Source of the DNA: a virus
Virus record (IMG/VR): IMGVR_UViG_3300046002_004029
Span: 3,576-67,575 of that record
Strand: one strand, 5' to 3'
DNA length: 64,000 nt
Shown: piece after piece, positions 20,470 through 29,788 of the stretch
How positions within the stretch are numbered: the first letter of the stretch is position 1
How the letters are laid out: every line of letters begins with the position of its first letter
Notes under the pieces: generated by a model
What the model was told of the DNA's origin: nothing
Seen by the model: the letters and a program-made list of their open reading frames with translations, nothing else
The model's database searches: none
Program-made: the position numbers and the translations under genes

Positions 20470-21072
20470 ATGGACTTTAGAACAGAATTATCAAAATGGG
20501 GTTACAATAAAGGTAACTCAATTGATGTTGAAATATTGGTTAATGAAATACTGCCGAGTTTGTTTTCTCAACAAGAAAGAAGTTATAGTGAGGAAGATAT
20601 GATTGAAGCATTTATCGCTGGTGGAAACTCACAAATTGAAGAGGATGATGCTTATGGCAGTGCCTATATGGAATATATGGAAGAATGGTTTGAACAATTT
20701 AGAAAGAAATAAGATTATGGATTATTACGTTATAGGGTATAGTTATTTAATAATAGCTATAGTGGTTATAATAACATATATTATGGATACATTTAAACAT
20801 AGAAAAAAATGAGTACAACATTTGGAATACCAGAAAGACAAGTTGAATTAAACAAATTAGTAGACGAAGATGGCGATTTATTAGACTATATTAGTACAGA
20901 TTTTTTTATACCTGTATTTTTTAGAGGTGGTAATAGTAGATGGTTAAGTTCATTAGCTTCTCGTTTAACGGATGATACTTTAGTATTTCCGTTAGATAAC
21001 TCCGCTCAAGGAATATTTACAATTAAAGATATTAAAGAATTTTTAAGATCAAAAGATGAAACCAATTTATAA
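20470..21072 (+). CDS. Small hypothetical proteins (20470-20712 and 20809-21072)
   Basis: The first shares the QERSYSEED...QF.KK module with the upstream gene. Confidence 0.6.
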
Positions 21073-21358
21073 ATTTAATAATGGTAATGGCGCAACATTA
21101 TGTCATAAATGTCGTGCAATAATTTCTACAGGTAAAATGACTGATGATTTATATTGCGAACAATGTCTTAATGATCCATCTCTTTACGGCAAAATTGCTG
21201 TATCTAAAACAAATAACAGTAACTACGATGGTGTAATGCTTAACAGTAATATAATTGATGAAGCCAGCCAGTTTGTAAAACCCGGCAGTGCTATACACAG
21301 TTTCTGGGATCAAATGGATCAAGAGGTTCATAAAGGATTAAATGATCTAAATATATAG
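21056..21358 (+). CDS. Zn-finger hypothetical protein
   Basis: CHKC...CEQC. Confidence 0.6.
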   Translation: MKPIYKFNNGNGATLCHKCRAIISTGKMTDDLYCEQCLNDPSLYGKIAVSKTNNSNYDGVMLNSNIIDEASQFVKPGSAIHSFWDQMDQEVHKGLNDLNI

Positions 21359-21405
21359 TCTTACAGTCAAGACACGAACAATGATTGATAATATTAATAT
21401 AAAAA

Positions 21406-21669
21406 ATGAATATGACAGACGAAGAGATTGAAAAAATTGCAGAAACTATTTTCCAAAAAATGTTAGCAAAACAAGACCAATGGGATAAAGAATTTATTAC
21501 TAGTATTAGTACTCCTGCTGTTATTGGCCGCGACGCAGTTATTAATGAGATAACTGAGTTAAATTTAATGAAAGCTGAGTTTGTAAAAGAAGAAAAGTAT
21601 GAGGAAGCTTATAAGGTTATGAAAAAAATAAAAATCTTAAGTGACCAATTAAGGAACAATAAGGACTAG
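21406..21669 (+). CDS. Protein with a UvrB/UvrC-like C-terminal motif
   Basis: KAEFVKEEKYEEAYKVMKKIKIL. Confidence 0.5.
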   Translation: MNMTDEEIEKIAETIFQKMLAKQDQWDKEFITSISTPAVIGRDAVINEITELNLMKAEFVKEEKYEEAYKVMKKIKILSDQLRNNKD

Positions 21670-21712
21670 AGTTATGTGACACTAGCCAATTAATATAAAA
21701 AATAGCAGGCTA

Positions 21713-22336
21713 ATGTCATCATTTGATAGAAATACAGAATTTTTAAATAAAAGAAGAGTGATATATCGAAGAGGACCAATTAATGACAAACCAACAGAAG
21801 AGTTCGAATGGGGTTCTTTCTACGAAAGCGGTACTACGGAATGCTACGAGTTATTCAGAAGCAAAGCTAAAATACCAACATATAAGGCGCTAAAGTGGCA
21901 TTTGTATGTTATATGGTATCTGAATCCTAGCATCGATCAAAATGAATTTGAGGCCATTGTAAGACACATTTGCGACAAAAAGAATGGATTTGTAACATTT
22001 AATGTTAGCGAACAGTTATTGCAAAATATGATGTACGACGTCTCTTTAAAAGATCTTGAAGATCCTCCTTATAATAAAGTAAGAAAAATTATATTTAAAG
22101 ACAATTGTAAACTTACCTTAAGTGAAAAATTATCTATAGTTGGCAAAATGATTGGTAAAACTAAAAAAGTAACTGAATCTGATATTTACGATGCGATGCT
22201 ATACATAAATGATTTGAATACTAAGATAACAATTAAAGGATTAGCAGATCATTTTGGATGTGTTATGAGAACGATACATCGTAATATGAGTAATGAACTA
22301 AAAAAAGAAAAAGAACTATTAAATCAAAACTTATGA
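21713..22336 (+). CDS. DNA-binding protein with a C-terminal HTH (possible PriCT+HTH replication initiator or regulator)
   Basis: KITIKGLADHFGCVMRTIHRNM HTH. The start codon lies inside the GTGAC element at 21676-21719. Confidence 0.55.
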   Translation: MSSFDRNTEFLNKRRVIYRRGPINDKPTEEFEWGSFYESGTTECYELFRSKAKIPTYKALKWHLYVIWYLNPSIDQNEFEAIVRHICDKKNGFVTFNVSEQLLQNMMYDVSLKDLEDPPYNKVRKIIFKDNCKLTLSEKLSIVGKMIGKTKKVTESDIYDAMLYINDLNTKITIKGLADHFGCVMRTIHRNMSNELKKEKELLNQNL

Positions 22337-22508
22337 ATGTATTTGATGTCGAAGCAATAAATGCGCAAATAGAAGCTAATCAAAAAGAAATAGATGATTT
22401 TGCTATTAACTTTGGAGGTTGGTTTATCTGCCATTATATAGAAGAAGCGTTTTATAACAAAGAGTATATAAAAAAGATGTTAGAAATCTATAAAAAAGAA
22501 AAAGGATT

Positions 22509-22709
22509 ATGACACCGAAAGAAAAAGCAGAAGAATTGGTTAATAAGTTTATTCAATTTACTCCAGCTGAAGAAGAATTTGAATATGATTATGCCAAACA
22601 ATGTGCATTAATAGCAGTTGATGAATTAATATACGAAACACAATTTGAAGTCCCTAATATTAGACAAAGATATTGGCAAGAAGTTAAACAAGAAATAAAA
22701 AAATTATGA
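22509..22709 (+). CDS. Conserved small phage protein (MTPKEKA...AKQCALIAVDE)
   Basis: Recurrent motif in Bacteroidota phages. Confidence 0.65.
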   Translation: MTPKEKAEELVNKFIQFTPAEEEFEYDYAKQCALIAVDELIYETQFEVPNIRQRYWQEVKQEIKKL

Positions 22710-22839
22710 AAGATTACATAAAAAAGTGGTGGAACAGAGAATGGAGCAACTGGGAAGTATATTATGATGGCAGTTGGAAACTTTTACTTAAAAGAATTTC
22801 AAATGATGGATTAATTGAATTTAAAGCAATACTTAAATA

Positions 22840-23604
22840 ATGAAAAGTTATAACATACCAAATTACGTAAGATATAAAGAGGATATTAAACAAGCAAACA
22901 AAGATAGTTTGTCAAATAATTTCCATTTATACGATAGAAATAAATTAATTGTCAAATTCCTTCCATTAGTAGAGAACATTGCTAAGAAATTTTCTACTAC
23001 AACTCAAGCATCAGGAGTATTAGATATTACAGATCTTATACAATGCGGGTCTAAAGGTTTAATACAAGCAGTTGATAAAATAGAATGGACTACAATAAGC
23101 GAATCTATTGATCCAGAAAAAACTATTAAGTCATTTCTATCAAAAAGAATAAAAGGCTCAATTAGAAGAGATATAGACATCCATAGAGGCAGTATAAAGA
23201 TCCCGGAACACAAACTAAATGAGATTAGAAAAGACAATGGTCAAGACCACTCGATGGTTGCAATGTTTTTTAACTCTATATTCTTAAGTATTGATGAACA
23301 ATTAGCTGACGAAGATGACGACCATATGTTGTATCAAATTCCAGATCAATCTGAACCATATAATATTCAATTAATGAATATCTATTTAACTAGTTTATTA
23401 AAAAAGCATTTAGATGATAAAGAATTTGAAGTATTGCGATTAAGTTATGGATTAGATTGCGATAAACATTCCGCAATGGCAATTGCTATAAAATTGGGAA
23501 TTGAAGGAACTAGTTCATATGTGCGAGTTTCTGAACTAAAAAAACAAGCAATTAAAAAGTTAGTTGACAACGTTGAGCCCTCCCAAGTCCTTGATTACCT
23601 ATAG
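22840..23604 (+). CDS. Phage sigma70-family (FliA/SigF-like) RNA polymerase sigma factor
   Basis: Region 2 is LPLVENIAKKF...DLIQCGSKGLIQAVDK...RIKGSIRR. Region 4 is EFEVLRLSYGL...IAIKLG...RVSELKKQAIKKL. Confidence 0.9.
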   Translation: MKSYNIPNYVRYKEDIKQANKDSLSNNFHLYDRNKLIVKFLPLVENIAKKFSTTTQASGVLDITDLIQCGSKGLIQAVDKIEWTTISESIDPEKTIKSFLSKRIKGSIRRDIDIHRGSIKIPEHKLNEIRKDNGQDHSMVAMFFNSIFLSIDEQLADEDDDHMLYQIPDQSEPYNIQLMNIYLTSLLKKHLDDKEFEVLRLSYGLDCDKHSAMAIAIKLGIEGTSSYVRVSELKKQAIKKLVDNVEPSQVLDYL

Positions 23605-23611
23605 GTTAAAT

Positions 23612-23636
23612 GTAAATTGAACACAAAATGTGTAAT
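23612..23636 (+). promoter_or_regulatory. Putative middle/late promoter
   Basis: GTAAA-N13-GTGTAAT, directly after the sigma gene and ahead of the replication genes. Confidence 0.5.
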
Positions 23637-23660
23637 TATAATAATATAAAACAAAAACAA

Positions 23661-23909
23661 ATGAAAAAAATCTTATTAATGTTATTTCCTGTTAATAGTA
23701 CTTTAATTGAAGGAGCATCAGAAAAAGCCTTAGGATCATTTTACAAAGTCGTAGATGAACTAAAAATGTTGAATAAGTTGTCCCAAGTAAAAAAAGATAA
23801 ATTAGTTTCAAAACAAGATGAAATTGAAATTGAAATAAAAAGATTTGATTCCATTACTTTAGCAAATACAAAAGTAATCAATAATATTGAAAGATTTTTA
23901 AAACAATAA
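23661..23909 (+). CDS. Coiled-coil hypothetical protein
   Basis: ORF after the promoter. Confidence 0.55.
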   Translation: MKKILLMLFPVNSTLIEGASEKALGSFYKVVDELKMLNKLSQVKKDKLVSKQDEIEIEIKRFDSITLANTKVINNIERFLKQ

Positions 23910-24101
23910 ATTAAATTATATGGAAACACTAGTAACGCACGAAATAGGGCGAAAAACAGATGGAACAAGGATTGTTAGAAACTTCTTCTTTAACGAAGAC
24001 AAAACAAATTATCTTGTACAAGCTCAATCTTATTTCACTAAAGATGAAAAGAAAAAAGCAAAATTAGCATATAAAAATAGTAACAAGTCAAATTAAATCT
24101 T

Positions 24102-24662
24102 ATGGCAGAAAAGAAAGAAGTGGAAGTATTAACGCTTAACAAAAAGTTAGCAATAATACAAACAGAATTTAAGTCTAAAAAGTCTAGATTCAATTCATTT
24201 GGAAAGTACAACTTTAGATCGGCTGAAGATATTTTAGAAGCTACCAAACCATTTTTACTAAGACTTGGTGTAACTGTTGTTGTAACAGAAGAACTTATTA
24301 CATCAAACCAATTGTTCCCTATCTTAAAGTCTACAGCGACAATTTCCGACGGAAGTGGTGCTATACACGCTGTAGCAATCGTCGGGGTTGATCTTGACCA
24401 AAAAGGTATGCAAATGCCTCAGAAGTTTGGCTCAGCATCAAGTTATGGTAAAAAATATGCGCTTGGTAATCTGTTCTTAATTGATGATACTCAAGATGCA
24501 GATCACGGAAAGGCAGAGCCTGTCGCAAAGATTAAACTTGATGTTACCGATGCTGCTTTTGATAAAGCATTACAATTTGTAACAACAGGGGGCAAACTCG
24601 ACCTAATTAAAAACAAGTATGACTTATCACCAGAAGCTGAAACTATTCTAGGAAAACTTTAA
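24102..24662 (+). CDS. ERF-family single-strand annealing protein
   Basis: NSFGKYNFRSAEDIL...QKFGSASSYGKKYAL.NLF.IDD..DAD. Confidence 0.9.
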   Translation: MAEKKEVEVLTLNKKLAIIQTEFKSKKSRFNSFGKYNFRSAEDILEATKPFLLRLGVTVVVTEELITSNQLFPILKSTATISDGSGAIHAVAIVGVDLDQKGMQMPQKFGSASSYGKKYALGNLFLIDDTQDADHGKAEPVAKIKLDVTDAAFDKALQFVTTGGKLDLIKNKYDLSPEAETILGKL

Positions 24663-24663
24663 T

Positions 24664-25395
24664 ATGACAAAAGAAGAAATATTAGAAAAGTTAAAAGAAG
24701 ATGAACATTATTATGGCAAATTTGGTAAACAGTTCTTAAGTAATTCTAACATATCTACATTGTTAACTAATCCATTATTGCTTGGGGAACAACAAGCTCC
24801 TAATATAAATTTTGCTATTGGAGGTTATTTTCATACTGCAATATTAGAACCAGAAAAGTTAATAAAATATAAGATAATAGATGCAACTACAAGAAATACT
24901 AATAAGTATAAAGAATTATCAGATGGTGAAATGTGTTTGCTACAACATGAAGTAGACAAGATTGAATTAATGAAAGATAAGATGCTATCAAACGATATAT
25001 GTGGTGGTCTTATAAAAGGTTTTAATGTTGAATATGAAATACCTGGTATTACAGAAATAAATAATGTAATGTGGAAAGGTAAAGCGGATATTATAAACCA
25101 CGATGAGGGACTAATTATAGATTTAAAGACTACATCAGATATTTCATCATTCCCTTATTCTGCTAAAAAGTATAATTACGACAGTCAAGCATATATTTAT
25201 AGAAAGTTATTTGGGTATGACCTAATATTTATGGCAATTGACAAACAAACCAGTCAAATAGGTATATTTGATTGCTCTGAGGCATTCTTAAAGAGTGGTG
25301 AGGATAAAGTTATGAGAGCAATAGATGCTTATACATTATTTTATAAAACAGAGGATTTTGATCCTCAACAACATTTAGTTACAAAAACACTTTAA
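24664..25395 (+). CDS. PD-(D/E)xK exonuclease (RecE/ExoVIII-like)
   Basis: LSNS, FHTAILEP, KGKADI, IDLKTT and YDSQAYIY. Confidence 0.85.
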   Translation: MTKEEILEKLKEDEHYYGKFGKQFLSNSNISTLLTNPLLLGEQQAPNINFAIGGYFHTAILEPEKLIKYKIIDATTRNTNKYKELSDGEMCLLQHEVDKIELMKDKMLSNDICGGLIKGFNVEYEIPGITEINNVMWKGKADIINHDEGLIIDLKTTSDISSFPYSAKKYNYDSQAYIYRKLFGYDLIFMAIDKQTSQIGIFDCSEAFLKSGEDKVMRAIDAYTLFYKTEDFDPQQHLVTKTL

Positions 25396-25415
25396 TTAAA
25401 CAAACAACGAAAATT

Positions 25416-25730
25416 ATGGCATCGATCATTAAAGCGAGTATCAATTTGAATGAAATCCCTAAACACAAAATTATTGAGGGAAAAAAAGGAAAGTATCTTC
25501 CTATTACAATTACAATCAACGACGAAGTTGACCAATTTGGTAACCAAGGTCCTGTAACTGTAGAACAATCTAAAGAAGAAAGAGACGGCAAAGTAGCAAA
25601 AGTTTACTTAGGCAATGTTAAAGTTGTATGGACGAATGATAAAAACGTACCTGCAGCGCCAAGAATGGACAGCCAAACAAACCAACCGGCCCAAAAAGCA
25701 TCTGCGCCTGCAGACGATTTGCCTTTCTAA
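25416..25730 (+). CDS. Single-stranded DNA-binding protein
   Basis: C-terminal DDLPF tail, located between the recombination genes and the primase. Confidence 0.75.
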   Translation: MASIIKASINLNEIPKHKIIEGKKGKYLPITITINDEVDQFGNQGPVTVEQSKEERDGKVAKVYLGNVKVVWTNDKNVPAAPRMDSQTNQPAQKASAPADDLPF

Positions 25731-25753
25731 AAAAATCCAACTAAAACATTCCT

Positions 25754-27466
25754 ATGAACGTAGAGACAACAGAAATTAACGGCTTCTTAATTGATTCGTT
25801 TAATCAACATGGTTTAGATGAAGGAAAAACACAGGGGATTTGTCCTCTGTGTTCACCTGATAGAAAACCTAAGAATGAGAAAGCTAAATGCGCGTCCTAT
25901 GATTGGGAACGCGGTATTGGAACTTGTCATAACTGTAACAAGACATTCCAATTACATACTTATAAAAGAAAAGGTAATGGCGATAAGATATACCTTAAAC
26001 CTGAATCAGTTACAATTTCACCACCAAGTTCTAAAATAGTTGAATGGTTTGGAACACGCGGAATATCAGAACAAACATTAGTTGATTTAAGAGTTTCAGA
26101 AGGTATTGAATTTATGCCTCAAACTGGTAAAACTGAGAATGCTATACATTTTAACTATTTTATTGGAGATGAATTAATCAACATTAAGTACAGAGATGGA
26201 CATAAACATTTCAAATTATTTAAAGGAGCTGAAAAAGTATTCTACAATATTGATAGCATTGTAGGGTTTGAATATTGTATCATTGTTGAAGGAGAAATGG
26301 ATGTATTGGCATTACACGAAGTTGGAATTACTAATTCTATTTCAGTTCCAAATGGTGCTACGCTACATTCTAACAATCTAGAATATCTAGATAACTGCAT
26401 TGATTACTTTGAAGACAAAGCAAAAATAATTATTGCAGTTGATTCAGATGCTGCTGGACAAGCGCTACAAACAGAATTGGTTCGAAGACTAGGATCAGAA
26501 ACGTGTTATATTGCAACTTTCGATGATTGTAAAGATGCAAATGAGTATTTAATTAAATATGGTAAGGAAGCATTATCTCAAAGAATATCGAGAGCTAAAC
26601 CTGTGCCATTAGAAAATGTTACAACTTTTAGAGACATTGAAGATGAGGTTACTGATTTTGTTAGGAATGGATTTAAACCGGGCTTCCAAATTGGCCTCGA
26701 TAATTTCGACAGTATTTTTTCTACTTATACAGGCCAGTTTATTACTGTTACCGGTATACCTAGCTCTGGAAAGTCTGATTTTGTTGACCAAATGGTTATA
26801 GGTTACAATGCAAAATATGGTTGGAAAACTGCTTATGCATCTCCAGAGAATTCGCCTACATATTTGCATGCTCATAAGTTAATGAGAAAGACTTGGCAGG
26901 GAATGCCTGGTATTGAGGATATTAAGACTGAAAAGTGGAACCAAGTAGCAGATCAAGTTAATGATAATTATTTCTTCATTGATATGGAACGTTATACATT
27001 AGATTCCGTACTTCGTAAAGGAGCTGAATTAGTTAAACGTAAAGGAATAAAGTGCCTTGTTATTGATCCATTTAACAAAGTTAGAGATAACGATGCTTCC
27101 GGCGATGTAAACGTTTATACCTTAGAGTACCTTACTAAAATAGAAATCTTTGCTAAAAAATATGATGTATTAGTTATGATTGTTGCTCACCCCACTAAAA
27201 TGTACAAAGATAGTAGTGGTAAAATTGAAGAGCCAACTATGTACAACATTAAAGGCGGTGGTGAATGGTATGACGCTTCTTATCACGGACTATTAGTTCA
27301 TAGAAATTATGAAGATAAAACTGTAAAAGTAAAGGTACTTAAATGTAAATTCCAAAACTTAGGTGAGAATGGAGCTGAATGTCATTTCAAATGGGATCCA
27401 GCGTCGGGATGCTTCATACCACACGAACCGATTGCAAGTAGCAATGACAAAATGCCGTGGGAATAA
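25754..27466 (+). CDS. T7-like/Twinkle primase-helicase
   Basis: Zn finger CPLC..CHNC, TOPRIM VEGEMD/DSDAAG/KDANE, Walker A GIPSSGKS, and VIDP and VAHP. Confidence 0.95.
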   Translation: MNVETTEINGFLIDSFNQHGLDEGKTQGICPLCSPDRKPKNEKAKCASYDWERGIGTCHNCNKTFQLHTYKRKGNGDKIYLKPESVTISPPSSKIVEWFGTRGISEQTLVDLRVSEGIEFMPQTGKTENAIHFNYFIGDELINIKYRDGHKHFKLFKGAEKVFYNIDSIVGFEYCIIVEGEMDVLALHEVGITNSISVPNGATLHSNNLEYLDNCIDYFEDKAKIIIAVDSDAAGQALQTELVRRLGSETCYIATFDDCKDANEYLIKYGKEALSQRISRAKPVPLENVTTFRDIEDEVTDFVRNGFKPGFQIGLDNFDSIFSTYTGQFITVTGIPSSGKSDFVDQMVIGYNAKYGWKTAYASPENSPTYLHAHKLMRKTWQGMPGIEDIKTEKWNQVADQVNDNYFFIDMERYTLDSVLRKGAELVKRKGIKCLVIDPFNKVRDNDASGDVNVYTLEYLTKIEIFAKKYDVLVMIVAHPTKMYKDSSGKIEEPTMYNIKGGGEWYDASYHGLLVHRNYEDKTVKVKVLKCKFQNLGENGAECHFKWDPASGCFIPHEPIASSNDKMPWE

Positions 27467-27817
27467 ATGGGTAGTGGATCTAAAAAAAAGAAAGGCGAAA
27501 TAGATATGGGTAATTATTCTGGTAATGTTAAAGAACGTTTAGCATACGAATGGTGCATGCACAATGGTATATATATTTCTCCATTTGCTAGAACCCCAAT
27601 TGAGTGGTATATTTGCATTGTAATAAACGGCAAATCAAACATCAGTCCAGAGTCATATAAAAAAGATGATATATGGAAAAACTTGTATAAGTTCTACGTA
27701 TATTATTATGATAAATATAATAATATACCTAAGAAAGTAGAGGAAGTTACAAATAAAAAAGTACCTACAAAACGGACACAAAAAGTAATTAGTACTGATA
27801 ATTTAAAACTATTTTAA
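27467..27817 (+). CDS. Hypothetical protein
   Basis: ORF within the replication operon. Confidence 0.6.
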   Translation: MGSGSKKKKGEIDMGNYSGNVKERLAYEWCMHNGIYISPFARTPIEWYICIVINGKSNISPESYKKDDIWKNLYKFYVYYYDKYNNIPKKVEEVTNKKVPTKRTQKVISTDNLKLF

Positions 27818-27818
27818 T

Positions 27819-28589
27819 ATGAAAGAAAGGTATGAAACGCAATACAAATCAATATTATGGGAATGCCTACAATATGGCATAAACAGAAACGATAGAACAG
27901 GTGTTGGGTGTAAATCTATATTTAACGCCTCACTTAAGATTGATATATCTGAACGTTTCCCTATAATCACAGGTAGAAAAATGTTTCAAAAAACTTTTGA
28001 CACAGAATTCGATTGGTTTATGAATGGTGAAACAAATGTAAAAAGATTCCAAGACGCCGGCGTAAAAATATGGGACGCTTGGGCAGATGAGAATGGAGAC
28101 TTAGGACCTGTTTATGGGCATCAAATGCGCAATTTTAACGATCAAAACGTAGATCAAATGCAAATACTTATAAAAAATTTAATAGCTGATCCAGACGGCC
28201 GTAGGCACATCATAAGTTTATGGAATCCAGCACAATTGGATCAAATGCGATTACCGCCTTGTTATTTATATTTTCAATTCTTTGTAGATAACGGTAAACT
28301 TAATATGTTTGTTATACAACGATCTGGTGATATGTTTTTAGGCGTGCCTTATGATATTGCTTTATTCACTAAGATACTTTTATACGTATCGTGGAGGGTA
28401 GGTTTGAAAGCTAACTTACTAGAAGTACAAATTATAGATGCTCATATTTATAATAATCAACTCGATGCTATACACAAATACTTCGATGAAGAGTCATTTG
28501 ACTTGCCAAAGTACACATATGAAAACGGAGCATTAAACCTAATTAATTATGAACACGGACCAATAATAACAGCAAAAGTGGCTATTTAA
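27819..28589 (+). CDS. Thymidylate synthase-family enzyme (Asn->Asp variant, possible dCMP methylase/hydroxymethylase)
   Basis: DRTGVG, DLGPVYGHQ, LPPC, QRSGDMFLGVPYD and DAHIY. Confidence 0.9.
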   Translation: MKERYETQYKSILWECLQYGINRNDRTGVGCKSIFNASLKIDISERFPIITGRKMFQKTFDTEFDWFMNGETNVKRFQDAGVKIWDAWADENGDLGPVYGHQMRNFNDQNVDQMQILIKNLIADPDGRRHIISLWNPAQLDQMRLPPCYLYFQFFVDNGKLNMFVIQRSGDMFLGVPYDIALFTKILLYVSWRVGLKANLLEVQIIDAHIYNNQLDAIHKYFDEESFDLPKYTYENGALNLINYEHGPIITAKVAI

Positions 28590-28598
28590 CCCATATTT

Positions 28599-29474
28599 AT
28601 GGAAAAAGAAAATGAAATTTACTATATTTATCACATTTTTGGTAAAAAAATAGGAGTGACGCGTAATCTTAATAGAAGATTAACCTCACAACAAGGTTAT
28701 CAGCCTGGAGAATATGAAGTTCTTGAATCTAGTAATGATATAGACTATATATCAGAACGAGAATCAGAACTTCAACTTATCTACGGTTATAAAATAGATA
28801 GAGATTCATATAAAAAATTAATGACTAAAAACAAAAATCAAATGGTATTAAATGTAACTGAACAAACAACAACTTTTCCGTGTCCTTTAAATAAGTTAAA
28901 AGGCAACCTATTCGACAATATGGGAATACAATTTGTAACAAATTTTGGTAGTTATACATTAACACCTGTAATTGTTGAATGGATTGTGGCGAATGCAAAA
29001 GAATCTATGTATAACCAGTCGCGCTCTTATGTTTATAATAAAGCATTACACGAATTCGCAAAAAAAATAGGTAACAAACCAGACACTACAGAAATATTTG
29101 TTGCTGACCCCACTATTTTTGACCATATTAGAGATTGGGCGTATGAAAGAGGAATATATACGTCTGGTGATGCTAAAACGCAATTTATAAAATTACAAGA
29201 AGAAACTGGCGAATTGGCAAGAGCTATCCTTAAAAATGATCGGAATGAGTTAATTGATGCTATTGGCGATGTTGTTGTTGTATTAACCAATTTAGCGGCT
29301 ATAGAAGGACTAAGAATAGAAGAGTGTATTGAGGATGCTTATAATGTTATTAAATCTAGAAAAGGCTCTATGGTTAATGGTACATTTGTAAAAGAACAGC
29401 CTCAAGTTGCTCAAGGAGTTGCTTATGATATAAATAGAGGAGTATTAAATTACCATTTAAAATCAACACTATAA
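28599..29474 (+). CDS. MazG-like nucleotide pyrophosphohydrolase with a GIY-YIG-like N-terminus
   Basis: C-terminal KLQEETGELA...DAIGDVVVVL...AYNVIKSRKG and N-terminal YYIYH..KIGVT....R. Confidence 0.8.
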   Translation: MEKENEIYYIYHIFGKKIGVTRNLNRRLTSQQGYQPGEYEVLESSNDIDYISERESELQLIYGYKIDRDSYKKLMTKNKNQMVLNVTEQTTTFPCPLNKLKGNLFDNMGIQFVTNFGSYTLTPVIVEWIVANAKESMYNQSRSYVYNKALHEFAKKIGNKPDTTEIFVADPTIFDHIRDWAYERGIYTSGDAKTQFIKLQEETGELARAILKNDRNELIDAIGDVVVVLTNLAAIEGLRIEECIEDAYNVIKSRKGSMVNGTFVKEQPQVAQGVAYDINRGVLNYHLKSTL

Positions 29475-29788
29475 TGAGAGAAAAAACTATTGTTTTTCGT
29501 GATCCAACAGTTGAATCAGTTGTAGACAAATTTGTTGAAAGATCCGATGTTGGCTTTAAAAAGTATGGTACAACTATGCGTAATGACCCATCTGATTTAT
29601 TTGTATGGCTAAACCATTTACAAGAAGAATTGATGGACGCAACGTTATATATCCAACGTTTAAAAGAAGAAGTAACAAATCTACGCGAGGAAGAGTCATT
29701 AATGAATGATCTAGAAATAATGGAGGTTGTGGACGCGTTTGTAGAACGCGGGTATCCATATTCAATTACTATTGATGAAGAGGATTAG
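29474..29788 (+). CDS. All-alpha NTP pyrophosphatase-like small protein
   Basis: GFKKYGTT...WLNHLQEELMDATLY. Confidence 0.6.
   Translation: MREKTIVFRDPTVESVVDKFVERSDVGFKKYGTTMRNDPSDLFVWLNHLQEELMDATLYIQRLKEEVTNLREEESLMNDLEIMEVVDAFVERGYPYSITIDEED

Larger units (their letters stand above)
7239..21395 (+). promoter_or_regulatory. Family of 12 phage-specific early promoter motifs TTACARTCT-N3-YACG-N10-GATAATAT
   Basis: Starts at 7239, 7639, 7720, 8204, 9124, 9530, 11043, 13053, 13687, 16890, 17594 and 21361. GATAAT is always at +26 and all copies lie upstream of + strand genes. Confidence 0.85.

Noticed and set aside
7239-21395. Recurrent motifs read as a CRISPR array or integron attC sites
   Set aside because: Spacing is irregular (80 bp to several kb), whole genes lie between copies, the motif is non-palindromic, and no cas or integrase gene is present. 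Position fits promoters.
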